From: an uncultured bacterium
Lineage (GTDB): Bacteria > Sysuimicrobiota > Sysuimicrobiia > Sysuimicrobiales > Humicultoraceae
Direction of reading: 5' to 3'
Assembly (NCBI GenBank): GCA_964526945.1
Contig: CAZGNA010000002.1
Coordinates: 1-52,149 of the forward strand
Length of the DNA stretch: 52,149 nucleotides
Position 1 is the first letter of the stretch. The number at the start of each line of letters is the position of its first letter. Shown here piece after piece: positions 33,497 to 42,881 of the stretch. A program made the position numbers and the translations under genes. The notes beneath the pieces are model-generated. The model was not told the origin of the DNA and made no database searches. It saw nothing but the letters and a program-made list of their open reading frames with translations.

Positions 33497-34498
33497 ATGG
33501 TACGGGTGTCGGTGGTCGTGGTGACGTACAATGCGCGGTCGCATATCGACGAGTGCCTGCGTTCGCTGGAGCGTCAGACCTTTCGCGACGTGGAAGTTAT
33601 CCTGGTGGACAACGGATCCTCCGACGGCACGGTGGACTACGTGCGGGTGAGGTATCCCTCCGTCCGGTGCGTCCGGGCAGACCGTAACGTGGGCTATGCT
33701 GGTGGCATCAACTTGGGCGTGCGCAGCTGCCGGGGGGAGTTCGTCGCCGTGCTGAACCCGGACACGTCGGTGGAGCCCACCTGGCTGGAGCGCCTGGTGG
33801 AGGTCGTGACGCGACATCCCGAGGTCGGCGCGGTGACGTCACGCCTGGTACTGTACCACGATCGCACCCGGCTGAACGCTCTGGGCATCCGCATTCATGT
33901 GACGGGCCTCGCGTTCAACGAAGGCCTGGGCCGTCCCAATCTCGCGGGGCGGTGCGCGCCCTTCGCGGTCAGTGGCGTCCACGGGGGCGCATTTCTGGTC
34001 AGGAAGACAATCCTCGACCAGATCGGTGGTCTCAATGAAGATACCTTCATGTACTACGAAGAGGTGGATCTCTCGTGGATGTTGCATCTCTTGGGATGGC
34101 AGATCTGGTGCGTGCCCGACTCGGTCGTCTACCACAAATACACTCTGAAGATGTCCCCGGAGAAGTTTTTCTGGCTGGAGCGCAACCGGCTCGCGCTGCT
34201 GTGGGTTGTCCTCGAGCCGGTCACGGCCCTGCGGCTGGGCGCGTCCCTGTTGGTGACCGAAGCCTTCACCTGGGGCTACGCGCTGCTGCGCGGGCGGGAA
34301 TTCGTGAGCGCGAAGGGGCGCGCGTGGCGCTGGGTGGTTCGGCAGCGAGCCCGGCTGGCTGATCGGCGCCGGCGGGTCCAGGCCATGCGCCGGGTGCCGG
34401 ACCGCGAGATCCTGCCGCGGCTGTCGCGAGCCTACGCGTGGGATCAGCTGCCGAGCCTCCTGCGCGCACCGGTGCACGTGCGCCGGCCGACTGCATGA
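33497..34498 (+). CDS. family 2 glycosyltransferase (rhamnosyl/WbbL-like)
   Basis: 'VSVVVVTYNA', 'ILVDNGSSDG', 'NVGYAGGIN', 'LNPDT', 'MYYEEVDLSW'. Confidence 0.85.
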   Translation: MVRVSVVVVTYNARSHIDECLRSLERQTFRDVEVILVDNGSSDGTVDYVRVRYPSVRCVRADRNVGYAGGINLGVRSCRGEFVAVLNPDTSVEPTWLERLVEVVTRHPEVGAVTSRLVLYHDRTRLNALGIRIHVTGLAFNEGLGRPNLAGRCAPFAVSGVHGGAFLVRKTILDQIGGLNEDTFMYYEEVDLSWMLHLLGWQIWCVPDSVVYHKYTLKMSPEKFFWLERNRLALLWVVLEPVTALRLGASLLVTEAFTWGYALLRGREFVSAKGRAWRWVVRQRARLADRRRRVQAMRRVPDREILPRLSRAYAWDQLPSLLRAPVHVRRPTA

Positions 34499-34935
34499 AG
34501 CTCTGCCTGGTCGCTTCGCACGGCGGGCACATGACCGAGCTGCTCGCGCTGCAGGACGCGTTTCGTGAGCACGAGGTGTTCTACTGTTCGTACGTCAGCC
34601 CCGTGGATCGTGGACTGCAGCCCCTGTACACCTTTCCGAACCTGACCGAGCGCCCGTGGCACCTGGTGCCCGTGCTGGTCCGGGTATTCCGGCTGCTGCG
34701 GACGGAACGGCCGGATGTGATCGTGAGCACGGGGGCTGAGATCGCGATCCCGTTCTGCCTGCTTGGTCGGCTGCTGGGCGTCCGCGTCGTCTTCATCGAG
34801 AGCGTCTGCCGCGTACGCACGCCGTCCGTGACCGGCCGGCTGCTCTACTACCTGAGCGACGCGTTTTTCGTCCAGTGGCCGTCGCTGTTGCGACGGTACG
34901 GACCGAAAGCTCGGTTCGTCGGCGGCTTGCTGTGA
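34495..34935 (+). CDS. Alg14-like glycosyltransferase membrane-anchoring subunit (PssD/Cps14F type)
   Basis: 'CLVASHGGHMTELLAL', 'ERPDVIVSTGAEIAIPF' and 'FIESVCRVRTPSVTGRL' closely follow the bacterial Alg14-like pattern. ATGA overlap with the upstream stop. Confidence 0.85.
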   Translation: MKLCLVASHGGHMTELLALQDAFREHEVFYCSYVSPVDRGLQPLYTFPNLTERPWHLVPVLVRVFRLLRTERPDVIVSTGAEIAIPFCLLGRLLGVRVVFIESVCRVRTPSVTGRLLYYLSDAFFVQWPSLLRRYGPKARFVGGLL

Positions 34936-35426
34936 TTTTTGCGACCGTCGGCACACACCATCAGCCGTTCGATCGGTTGGTGCACGCGGTCGACCGGGTG
35001 GCCCGCGAGACTGACGAGGCCGTGGTGGTCCAAGCCGGCTGCAGCACCGTACGGCCTCAACGCGCGCAGGCCTTTGCCTATGCACCGCTGGCGGAAATCG
35101 AGGCGTACATGCGCGCCGCGCGCGTCGTCGTGGCGCACGCCGGCGCCGGCACGTTGATGACGGCCCTTCGGGTCGCGCGCGCGCTCGTCGTCATGCCACG
35201 GCGTCGGCAGTACGGCGAACACGTCGACGATCACCAGCTGGAGCTCGCCGACGCGCTGGCGCAGCGTGGTCTGGCGATCGTGGTCCACGACGCGGAATCG
35301 CTCGCGCCAGCCATCGAGCAGGCCCCGGCGCTGGTGCCAGGGACGGCGGGGCAGGCGCCAGCGCTGGTGGAGGCCCTCCGTCAGGTCCTGCGCGACCTGG
35401 ACGCGGGTCGCCGGCGCAGGCGATGA
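34932..35426 (+). CDS. Alg13-like glycosyltransferase catalytic subunit (GT28 C-terminal domain, PssE/Cps14G type)
   Basis: 'IFATVGTHHQPFDRL', 'VVAHAGAGTLMTAL', 'HVDDHQLELADAL'. GTGA overlap with the Alg14-like stop. Confidence 0.85.
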   Translation: MIFATVGTHHQPFDRLVHAVDRVARETDEAVVVQAGCSTVRPQRAQAFAYAPLAEIEAYMRAARVVVAHAGAGTLMTALRVARALVVMPRRRQYGEHVDDHQLELADALAQRGLAIVVHDAESLAPAIEQAPALVPGTAGQAPALVEALRQVLRDLDAGRRRRR

Positions 35427-36577
35427 GGATTGCCCTCATCACGTCGACGCCGCAGCCGCCTCAGGAAGGCATCGGCTACTACACGTACCATCTGGCCCGC
35501 GAGCTTCAGCGGCGAGGCCATGCGGTCACGCTTTTCACGCGTGGGACGTGGAGGCGGGTGACGGTGGACACCATCGACGGTGTGTCGGTGGTGCGCGTGC
35601 CATTCGCGCCGGTCTATCCCGTGCATGTGCACCTTCATGAACTGGTGTTCAATCGCATCTTCCGACCGCGGGAGGCGGCGTACGATCTCGTCCACCAGCA
35701 CACGCCGCTGCCCCCAGTCCTCCGCACCCGCTTGCCGGTGGTGCTGACCGTGCACACGCCGATGTTGGAAGACGCGCGTCACGCCGAGATAGCGGGCTGG
35801 CTGGGACTGGCGATCAAGCTGCAGGCGCCGCTCAGCGCGCGGATCGAGCGCCGGCTGCTCCAGCGGGCCGACGTGATTACGGCCGTGGCGACGTCGGTGG
35901 CCCACGAGCTGGCCGAGTACGGCGTGCGTCCCGACGCGGTGCGCGTGGTGGGCAACGGCGTGGACGTCGATGTCTTCGTGCCGCGACGCGGCCCGGCGCG
36001 GCCTGGCGGCATCCTCTACGTGGGTCGGCTTGCACACCGGAAAGGCTTGTTCGAGTTGCTGGAGGCCGTCTCGCGCCTCAGGCGGCGACGACCGCACGTG
36101 CGGCTGGCGATCGTGGGGGGCGGCCCGTTGGGACCGGCGCTGCGGCGGCGGGTAAAAGCGCTCGAGATCGGCGACGCCGTCGACTTCACGGGCCCGGTGA
36201 GCTACTGGGAGCGCCGCGCGCTGATGGGCTGGTTCCATTGGGCAGAGGTCTACGTGCAACCGTCGCGCTACGAAGGCCTCAGTACCACGGTCCTGGAGGC
36301 AATGGCCTGCGCACTGCCCGTCGTGGCCACTGCGGTCAGTGGCCATCTGGACGTGGTCCGGGATGGGGAGAACGGGCTCCTCGTCCCCCCACGAGATCCC
36401 GACCGGCTGGCGGCGGCGATCGAGAGGGTTCTGGACGATCCTGCACTCCGGGCGCGCCTTGGAGGGTTGGCCCGGCAGACCGTGGAGGCATGGTATACCT
36501 GGCGGCACGTCGCTGAGCGCCTGGAGGCCTGCTACGATCAGGCGTCGCGTCTCCGCCGCGGGAGGGGCATGTCGTGA
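35423..36577 (+). CDS. GT4-family (GT-B) glycosyltransferase
   Basis: 384 aa. 'GIGYYTYHLARELQRRGHAV' and the C-terminal 'EGLSTTVLEAMACALPVVATAVSG...ENG' (EX7E-like). ATGA overlap. Confidence 0.85.
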   Translation: MRIALITSTPQPPQEGIGYYTYHLARELQRRGHAVTLFTRGTWRRVTVDTIDGVSVVRVPFAPVYPVHVHLHELVFNRIFRPREAAYDLVHQHTPLPPVLRTRLPVVLTVHTPMLEDARHAEIAGWLGLAIKLQAPLSARIERRLLQRADVITAVATSVAHELAEYGVRPDAVRVVGNGVDVDVFVPRRGPARPGGILYVGRLAHRKGLFELLEAVSRLRRRRPHVRLAIVGGGPLGPALRRRVKALEIGDAVDFTGPVSYWERRALMGWFHWAEVYVQPSRYEGLSTTVLEAMACALPVVATAVSGHLDVVRDGENGLLVPPRDPDRLAAAIERVLDDPALRARLGGLARQTVEAWYTWRHVAERLEACYDQASRLRRGRGMS

Positions 36578-37719
36578 GGGTTGCGGTCGTCGTCCCTGGC
36601 CTCCGCGCGGAAACCACGAGCTTGCAGCCTTGGCGCTACATGCTGGAGGCAAGCCGCGGGTTGCGCGCCGCCGGATGCGACGTGGTCATTGTGTCCGACG
36701 GTTCTGGGTCCGCACCCGTCGCCACGGAGGCGCCGGTGCATGTCGTGCCGATGCTCCGGCGCCTGGACGGTTCTCACGCTCACGCCCTGTGGGCGGCAGT
36801 CGCGCCCGATCTCGTGGTATGGAACGTGGGGATCTCCAATGGCCTCTACCTGCGCTTCGAGCGCGTACCGGTGCCCGTGGTCCCGGTGTGGACCAGTCCC
36901 TTCTACGGCCTGCACGACCTCCTGCGGCTAGGGCCCAGATGCTGGCTGCGAGGCGGTCTGGCCTGGGCCACGCATTTCCCGGGCGCCGTCGCCCCACGTC
37001 TCTTGGCGCGGCGGCTCCTGGACGCGCCGAACGTACGGACGGTGGTCACCCTCTCCCACAGCACGGCCGTCGCCCTGCGCACCCTGGGCGCCGCGCGCCA
37101 GGAGGTGGCGGTGATTCTGCCGGGCATCGATGCACCGTGGTTCGCCGTGCGCTGCGCTGGGATACCGCCCCAGCCTCACGAGGTCGTGTTCTTCGGGAGC
37201 GCAGATGCTATACGCGGGTTGGACACGCTCGTACGGGCCGTGCAGGTACTGCGGCGCCGGGGACTCGACCTCCGGGCCACCCTGTACGTTCGCCGTCCGC
37301 CCCCGTCCGCCGGTGGCCAGCGACGCCCACGCGCCAGGGAAGTCGCCTCCGCCATTCGCCGGATCGATGGCTGGCTGGCGCCCGAGGAGCTGGCTGCGGC
37401 CGTTGCGCGTGCCGGGATCGTGGCGCTCCCCTTTGCCCTAGTCCCATCGGACGTGCCGCTGGCCGTCCTTGAGGCCATGGCCACCGGTCGTCCAGTGGTC
37501 TCGACCTGCGTGGACGGCATTCCGGACCTCCTCGGCGAGGGCCGAGGGTACCTGGTGCGGCCGGGTGATGCGGGCGAGCTAGCGCGAGCCCTGGCACGTG
37601 CCGCGAGGGATCCGTCGGACGCCCGGCGCCGGGGTGAGGCGGCCGCGTCGTGGGCCCAGGACAAGACCTGGGACGCCATGCGGGCCCGGTTTGCTGCGAC
37701 GGTACTGGCCGCCACGTGA
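36574..37719 (+). CDS. GT4-family (GT-B) glycosyltransferase
   Basis: 381 aa with a C-terminal 'LAVLEAMATGRPVVSTCVDGIPDLL' GT-B motif. GTGA overlap. Confidence 0.75.
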   Translation: MRVAVVVPGLRAETTSLQPWRYMLEASRGLRAAGCDVVIVSDGSGSAPVATEAPVHVVPMLRRLDGSHAHALWAAVAPDLVVWNVGISNGLYLRFERVPVPVVPVWTSPFYGLHDLLRLGPRCWLRGGLAWATHFPGAVAPRLLARRLLDAPNVRTVVTLSHSTAVALRTLGAARQEVAVILPGIDAPWFAVRCAGIPPQPHEVVFFGSADAIRGLDTLVRAVQVLRRRGLDLRATLYVRRPPPSAGGQRRPRAREVASAIRRIDGWLAPEELAAAVARAGIVALPFALVPSDVPLAVLEAMATGRPVVSTCVDGIPDLLGEGRGYLVRPGDAGELARALARAARDPSDARRRGEAAASWAQDKTWDAMRARFAATVLAAT

Positions 37720-38363
37720 ACACCTTCGGCCGACTCGTGTGCCTCTCCGGTGTGGACGGCGTCGGGAAGACGACCCACGCGCGGCTTTTGGTCGCTGCGC
37801 TGCGGGCGTCGGGCCGGCCAGCGCGGTACGAGTGGCTGCGTTTCAGCCACTACACCTCACTCGGGATCCTGGCCCTGGCGCGCGTGGTCGGCTTGACGCG
37901 TTACCGCACGGTCGGCGGCGTGCGCTATGCCTCGTGGGAGTTTCACCGTAGCCGCGCGGTCGCCGCACTGTTCCCGTGGACGGTGTGGGTCGACACCGCG
38001 CTCCGCTATGCGCTCGCGGTCCATCCCCGCCTCCGGCGGGCGGAGTGGGTGGTCGTGGATCGCTTCGTCCCGGACATCCTGGTGGACCTGATGCTGGCGG
38101 TGGGCCGATGCGACCTCCATCGCGCCCCTGTGGGGCGGGCCTTCGCCCGGTTGATTCCCCCCGGCGCCCGGCTGGTGCTCCTTGATGCCGACGAAGCCGT
38201 CCTCCGGGCCCGGCGGCCGGATGTCGCGCACGACCCCATGCTGGGGGTGCGGCGGCAGCTCTACCTGACGCTGGCCCAGGCGACAGGAGTTCCCGTGGTG
38301 AGGGCTAACACAGGGATAGAGGACGTCCAGGCTCGCCTTCGGGCCCTGGTCTTGGCTCCATGA
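37716..38363 (+). CDS. thymidylate-kinase-like P-loop protein with ~70-aa insert
   Basis: Tail of ORF 37650..38363. P-loop 'LSGVDGVGKTTHARLL' (Tmk pattern GxDGxGKTT), and 'VVDRFVPD' at the Tmk DR position. GTGA overlap upstream and ATGA overlap downstream. Confidence 0.55.
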   Translation: MNTFGRLVCLSGVDGVGKTTHARLLVAALRASGRPARYEWLRFSHYTSLGILALARVVGLTRYRTVGGVRYASWEFHRSRAVAALFPWTVWVDTALRYALAVHPRLRRAEWVVVDRFVPDILVDLMLAVGRCDLHRAPVGRAFARLIPPGARLVLLDADEAVLRARRPDVAHDPMLGVRRQLYLTLAQATGVPVVRANTGIEDVQARLRALVLAP

Positions 38364-39025
38364 CCACCAGCGGCCGCTACGCCGTCTCAGATGCCAGGGT
38401 GCTCCAGCCGCTCCTGCGGCACCCGCTGGGCGCGCTCTTGGTTCACTGGGTGGTCCAGGGAATGCTGCAGATGGACAGGACGGAGCGGACCTTCAAGCTT
38501 GGTCTAGATGTATGCGGAGGGCTTCTCGGCGCGCTGCTCCTGCAGCGCTGGTTTGGGTGGCCGCTTGCTGGGCTGACGGGCTGGCTCGTGGCCCACACGC
38601 TCAACATGGTGTGCAACGGGCATGTCTTCGTGGTGCTGAAACACTTTGGGAGCATGCAGCATGACCGGGAGCGGATCCGGCGCTACCTAGCGGGGGTGGA
38701 GGCGCGGGTGCGCCGGGAACCAAGCGTGCGGTATGCTGCCCTCTTTGGCAGCATTGCGCGCGGGGAGTGGCAACCTACTTCCGACATCGACGTGCGCTTG
38801 GTGCGGCGGTCCGGGATGTGGGCGGGCCTGCGCGCCTGCGGGTTTGCACTGGCCGAGCGGACGCGGGCCACGTGGGGGCGCATTGCCGTCGATGTGTACG
38901 TGCTGGACGGCCCGGCGGCGCTGGCGACGCTACGGCGAGATGAGCCCGCAGTGGTGCTCCACGATCCCGAGGGGCTGTCGCGAGACTTGGATCGCCCATG
39001 GACCACGCTGGCGGCGGTCCTGTGA
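38360..39025 (+). CDS. membrane-anchored Pol-beta-superfamily nucleotidyltransferase
   Basis: The N-terminal ~100 aa hold hydrophobic segments ('LGLDVCGGLLGALLLQRWFGWPLAGLTGWLVAHTL'). They are followed by 'ALFGSIARGEWQPTSDIDVRLV' and 'DVYVLD'. Confidence 0.6.
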   Translation: MTTSGRYAVSDARVLQPLLRHPLGALLVHWVVQGMLQMDRTERTFKLGLDVCGGLLGALLLQRWFGWPLAGLTGWLVAHTLNMVCNGHVFVVLKHFGSMQHDRERIRRYLAGVEARVRREPSVRYAALFGSIARGEWQPTSDIDVRLVRRSGMWAGLRACGFALAERTRATWGRIAVDVYVLDGPAALATLRRDEPAVVLHDPEGLSRDLDRPWTTLAAVL

Positions 39026-39888
39026 CGGGGGAGGTTCCGCCGACGGTGCGCTGGGGACGACCGGAAACGGTCGAGCCGGATACGGTCATCCGCGCCAAGC
39101 GTGCCGTCCTCGAGCGCCTGTTTCGCGACGAGATTGGCGTCCCCGATCCGATGGGCCGGGTCGACGCGTACTTGGCGTGTAACCCGGCTCCGCTGCTGAT
39201 TGGGCGGTTGGTGCACCGGGTGCCGATCGCGGGGCGCGATCTGCTGGACGTCGGCTGTGGCTTCGGGGAGTTCCTGGTGGAGGCTGGCCGCGCGGGCGCG
39301 CGGGTGGTCGGCATCGACATCAGCGCCGATGCCGTCGCCATTGCCCGGGACTCCCTGCGCGTTCACGGCATCAGGGGGCGGGTGGTCTGCGCCGCGGGCG
39401 AGGCGCTCCCGTTTCCCGACGCGTCGTTCGATGTCGTAGTGTCCAACTATGTCCTCGAGCACGTGCGCTCCCCTGAACGCGTGCTCCGAGAGATCGTGCG
39501 GGTCCTGCGGCCGCGCGGTCAGGCCGTGCTGAACCTGCCCAACAACGTGTTCCCCTGGGAGGGGCACTACAACCTCGTCTGGCCGCCGATGCTGCCCAAG
39601 GTCCTGGGACGCTGGTACGTCCGCCTCCGGGGCATGAACCCCGAGTACCTGGAACGCCTCCACTACATCACCCGCCGGCGTGTGCTTCGGACGCTAGAGG
39701 CGCTTCCCGTACGCGTCGTCGCCGACCTCCTCCTGGATTGCTTCGAGACGCCCGGGCTTGTGCGCCAAGGATGGCGTCGGTGGGCCGTCCGCATGATCCG
39801 CAGCGCGCACCTGCACGTCGTGGCGAGTCGGCTCGCGCCGGATATCTCGCTCTTGATTGAACGGACGGCATCACAGGGGCACCGATGA
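39022..39888 (+). CDS. class I SAM-dependent methyltransferase
   Basis: 'LLDVGCGFGEF' motif I, 'FDVVVSNYVLEHV', 'LRPRGQAVL'. GTG 39022 gives a GTGA overlap, and ATG 38998 is also in frame. Confidence 0.8.
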   Translation: MTGEVPPTVRWGRPETVEPDTVIRAKRAVLERLFRDEIGVPDPMGRVDAYLACNPAPLLIGRLVHRVPIAGRDLLDVGCGFGEFLVEAGRAGARVVGIDISADAVAIARDSLRVHGIRGRVVCAAGEALPFPDASFDVVVSNYVLEHVRSPERVLREIVRVLRPRGQAVLNLPNNVFPWEGHYNLVWPPMLPKVLGRWYVRLRGMNPEYLERLHYITRRRVLRTLEALPVRVVADLLLDCFETPGLVRQGWRRWAVRMIRSAHLHVVASRLAPDISLLIERTASQGHR

Positions 39889-40811
39889 ACGTTGGCGTGA
39901 TCGGCGGGTCGGGCTTTGTGGGTCGGCACGTCGTGGATCTGTTGATGCGGGCCGGGCACGAGGTTACGGTGTTCGACATCATGCGGCCTCCGCGGGACGA
40001 CGTGCGGCATGTTTACGTCGACATCACGGACAGCACCCAGACCGCGGTGGCCCTGGCAGGACCGTATGACGTCGTCTACATGCTCGCCGCCATGGCTGAC
40101 GTGAACGATGTCTACCGCAATCCCGTGGAAGCCGGCGCCGTCAACGTCATGGGTGTGGCCAACGTGCTGGAAGCCTGTCGGCGGCATGGGATTCCTCGAC
40201 TGATCCTCGCCAGCACCATCTGGGTATACGATGCGGCGACCATGACTGACGTCGACGAGACGACGCCAGTGCATCCCGATCGGGTTTCCCACGTCTACAC
40301 GGCAACGAAGTTGGCTGCCGAGATGTACTGCGCCGCCTACGCACGGCTGTTCGGCGTTGCGTACACGATCCTCCGCTACGGCATCCCCTACGGGCCTGGC
40401 GCGCGGGATGAGACGGTCCTGGCGACGTTCGTGCGGCGGGCCCTCCAGGGGCTCCCGCTGGTCGTCCACGGGGACGGGCAGCAATTCCGTCACTTCGTCT
40501 ACGTGGAGGATCTCGCCGCGGGCAACGTGGCGGCCTTGCAGGAGGCTGCGGTCAACCAGACCTTCAACCTCGCCGGCGATCGTGCCGTGACGGTTCGGGA
40601 AGTGGCTGAGACGGTCTGCCGTCTCGTGGCCGGCGTGCAGATCCAGTATCAGGCCTCGCGGCTAGGCGATTCGCCGGGCAAACGGGTCTCGTCGCGTCGC
40701 GCCGCCGAGGTCCTCGGATGGAAGCCCCGGGTCGCGTTCGAGGAGGGCGTCCGGTACTACCTTCGCTGGCTGGAGAGCCGCAGGAAGGAGAACCGTGGTA
40801 CGGGGCGATAG
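39885..40811 (+). CDS. NAD-dependent epimerase/dehydratase (extended SDR)
   Basis: 'VIGGSGFVGRHVV' Rossmann motif and 'YTATKLAAE' (YxxxK). ATGA overlap. Confidence 0.85.
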   Translation: MNVGVIGGSGFVGRHVVDLLMRAGHEVTVFDIMRPPRDDVRHVYVDITDSTQTAVALAGPYDVVYMLAAMADVNDVYRNPVEAGAVNVMGVANVLEACRRHGIPRLILASTIWVYDAATMTDVDETTPVHPDRVSHVYTATKLAAEMYCAAYARLFGVAYTILRYGIPYGPGARDETVLATFVRRALQGLPLVVHGDGQQFRHFVYVEDLAAGNVAALQEAAVNQTFNLAGDRAVTVREVAETVCRLVAGVQIQYQASRLGDSPGKRVSSRRAAEVLGWKPRVAFEEGVRYYLRWLESRRKENRGTGR

Positions 40812-42018
40812 AGGGTGTCGGGACGGAGACGGGGCCCTGTCGCCACCGGTGGTCATCGTCCACCCGTACGACCCGTCACGTCCGGCCGAGGGTGGCGATA
40901 TCCGGTACACCATGGACTTCCTACGTTTCTACCGGCGCCACGGTGTGCCCGTGACGGTGGTCGGCGTGCTGCGGCCAGGAGGCACGCCGCCCGCCGACGG
41001 CGGGTTTATTCCGATCCACCACACGTACGCGTGGCTCGCCTTCGGCCTCAAGCTGCTCGCGCGCCTGCCGTTTCTGCCGTTACCGCCGAACGCTGTGCTC
41101 CAAACCCACCAGCCCCTCTTTATGTTTCCCGTGGTGCTGGCTGACTGGCGGCGCCCCAAGCTGTGCACCTTGGGGGCGGCTCGCCTCCACATGGCACGGC
41201 AGCGATGGCCCCGATGGTATCCGGTGATCGCAATGGTCTACGGTTGGCTGGAGCGACTCATGATCCGCCGAGTGGATCGGTTCGTCGCCGTGAGCTCGCA
41301 CATCGCGGACGATTACCTGCGCCGGTACCCTCAGCTCGCCCGGAAGCTCACCATCATCCCCGTTGGGGTGGACACCGACCTGTTCGCGCCCCAACCCGGG
41401 GACCGGGGACGATTCGGCTTGCCGCCCGACGCGCGCGTCGTGACGTTCGTCGGGCGGATTGAGCGCGTCAAGCGCGTCGATTTCCTGCTGGACGCCTTTG
41501 CCCGGGTCGTCCAGGAAATTCCGCAGGCTCACCTGCTGGTCGTGGGCCGAGGCACCGATGAAGACCGTGTACGGGCCTTGCAGGCCAAGCGACGGATTCC
41601 CCATGTCTACTTTCTGGGCGAGCACCCACCCGCCGAAATCCCACGCGTGCTCGCCGTTACCGATGTCCTTGCCGTGTGCTCTGAATCAGAAGGCGGACCG
41701 GCGGTCATCCGTGAGGCGCTCGCGTGCGGCGTCCCTGTCGTCAGCACCGATGTGGGGGACGCGCGCGAGGTGCTCAGCGATCCAGCGGTGGGCGTCGTGG
41801 TGGAGGGCGGAGTGGAGGAGTTCGCGCGGACCCTGACCCGGGCGCTAGCCGGAGAGCTCAGGTTCGACCGCGCCCGGTGCCGGGAGGTCGCCCAGCGGTA
41901 CTCGTTCGAGGCGACTGGCCAACGCTATCTCGAGATGCTGCGCGAGCTCGCCGGCGGCTGGCGATCTTCCCCGCCCGTGTGGCGCGGCCTGTGCGGGCGG
42001 CGCCCGGTGCGACCATGA
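40795..42018 (+). CDS. GT4-family (GT-B) glycosyltransferase
   Basis: AGGAAGGAG RBS. 'VTFVGRIERVKRVD' and 'SESEGGPAVIREALACGVPVVSTDVGD' (EX7E-like). Confidence 0.8.
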   Translation: MVRGDRGCRDGDGALSPPVVIVHPYDPSRPAEGGDIRYTMDFLRFYRRHGVPVTVVGVLRPGGTPPADGGFIPIHHTYAWLAFGLKLLARLPFLPLPPNAVLQTHQPLFMFPVVLADWRRPKLCTLGAARLHMARQRWPRWYPVIAMVYGWLERLMIRRVDRFVAVSSHIADDYLRRYPQLARKLTIIPVGVDTDLFAPQPGDRGRFGLPPDARVVTFVGRIERVKRVDFLLDAFARVVQEIPQAHLLVVGRGTDEDRVRALQAKRRIPHVYFLGEHPPAEIPRVLAVTDVLAVCSESEGGPAVIREALACGVPVVSTDVGDAREVLSDPAVGVVVEGGVEEFARTLTRALAGELRFDRARCREVAQRYSFEATGQRYLEMLRELAGGWRSSPPVWRGLCGRRPVRP

Positions 42019-42881
42019 GGTGGCCGACCTCGCCGGCCTTCGGCGACCTGCTGGGGCTCTGGGTCTGCGCGGGCATGTGTCTCGCGCTGCTCTCCCTCGT
42101 CGATCTCCCCGCGGTCCGGATGTTGCTGAGCCTCCCGCTGTTGCTCGTCTTTCCGGGGTACGCCGTCGTCGCCGCGCTGTTCGTTCGCGGTGACGAGGTC
42201 CGTATGCTTGACCGGGCCATCCTGGCGGTGGGGCTCAGTCTGGCCGTGACTCCGGTTGCAGGGCTGCTCGTGCTCTGGCGCGGCGGTGCGATGGACCGGG
42301 TGTCGACGCTGGCCGGCGTCGGCGCCGTGATGATGGGGGGAACGCTGGTCGCGGCGATCCGCCGCCGACGTGCGGGAGTGAGTCGCGTGACCGACTGCAC
42401 GCCCACGGGCGAGACCCGGGTGCGCTGGCCTGCAACCATGGGGCCGGCGACCGGGATCGCGGTCGCGACCCTGCTGCTCGGCCTCGGGCTGTGGGCCACC
42501 CAGTCGGCGCAGACGCGTCGGACCGAGGCCTACACCGAGTTCTATGTGCGGCCCCCCACGAGCCAAGTGCTCGACGGGTTCCCGCTGCCCGTGACGCGAG
42601 CGGCGGGTGAGGTGGTCGTGGGAGTCGCCAACCGTGAGGGACGTCCCATGCGGTACACGGTGCACGTCCGGCTGGACGGTGAGGTCGTGGTGCGGTTGAC
42701 CGGGATCGCGCTCGACTCTGAGCAGACCTGGGAACGGCGCGTGCGGGTGCCCCTGGCCCGGCCCCCGGGCCTTGTGCAGGCGGTCGTGCAACTGTACACG
42801 ACCGAGACCGGCGCACCGTACCGGGAGGCCAATGTGTGGTTCGCGGTGCGCGCCCCTGAAGGGATTGGAGGCCTGCGGTGA
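42015..42881 (+). CDS. DUF1616-like membrane protein (family otherwise typical of Archaea)
   Basis: 'LSLPLLLVFPGYAVVAALF...LDRAILAVGLSLAVTPVAGLL', then 'YTEFYV...GEVVVGVANREGRPMRYTVHVRLDGE'. These follow the DUF1616 N-terminal TM and C-terminal beta-sandwich patterns as I recall them. ATGA overlap. Confidence 0.65.
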   Translation: MRWPTSPAFGDLLGLWVCAGMCLALLSLVDLPAVRMLLSLPLLLVFPGYAVVAALFVRGDEVRMLDRAILAVGLSLAVTPVAGLLVLWRGGAMDRVSTLAGVGAVMMGGTLVAAIRRRRAGVSRVTDCTPTGETRVRWPATMGPATGIAVATLLLGLGLWATQSAQTRRTEAYTEFYVRPPTSQVLDGFPLPVTRAAGEVVVGVANREGRPMRYTVHVRLDGEVVVRLTGIALDSEQTWERRVRVPLARPPGLVQAVVQLYTTETGAPYREANVWFAVRAPEGIGGLR

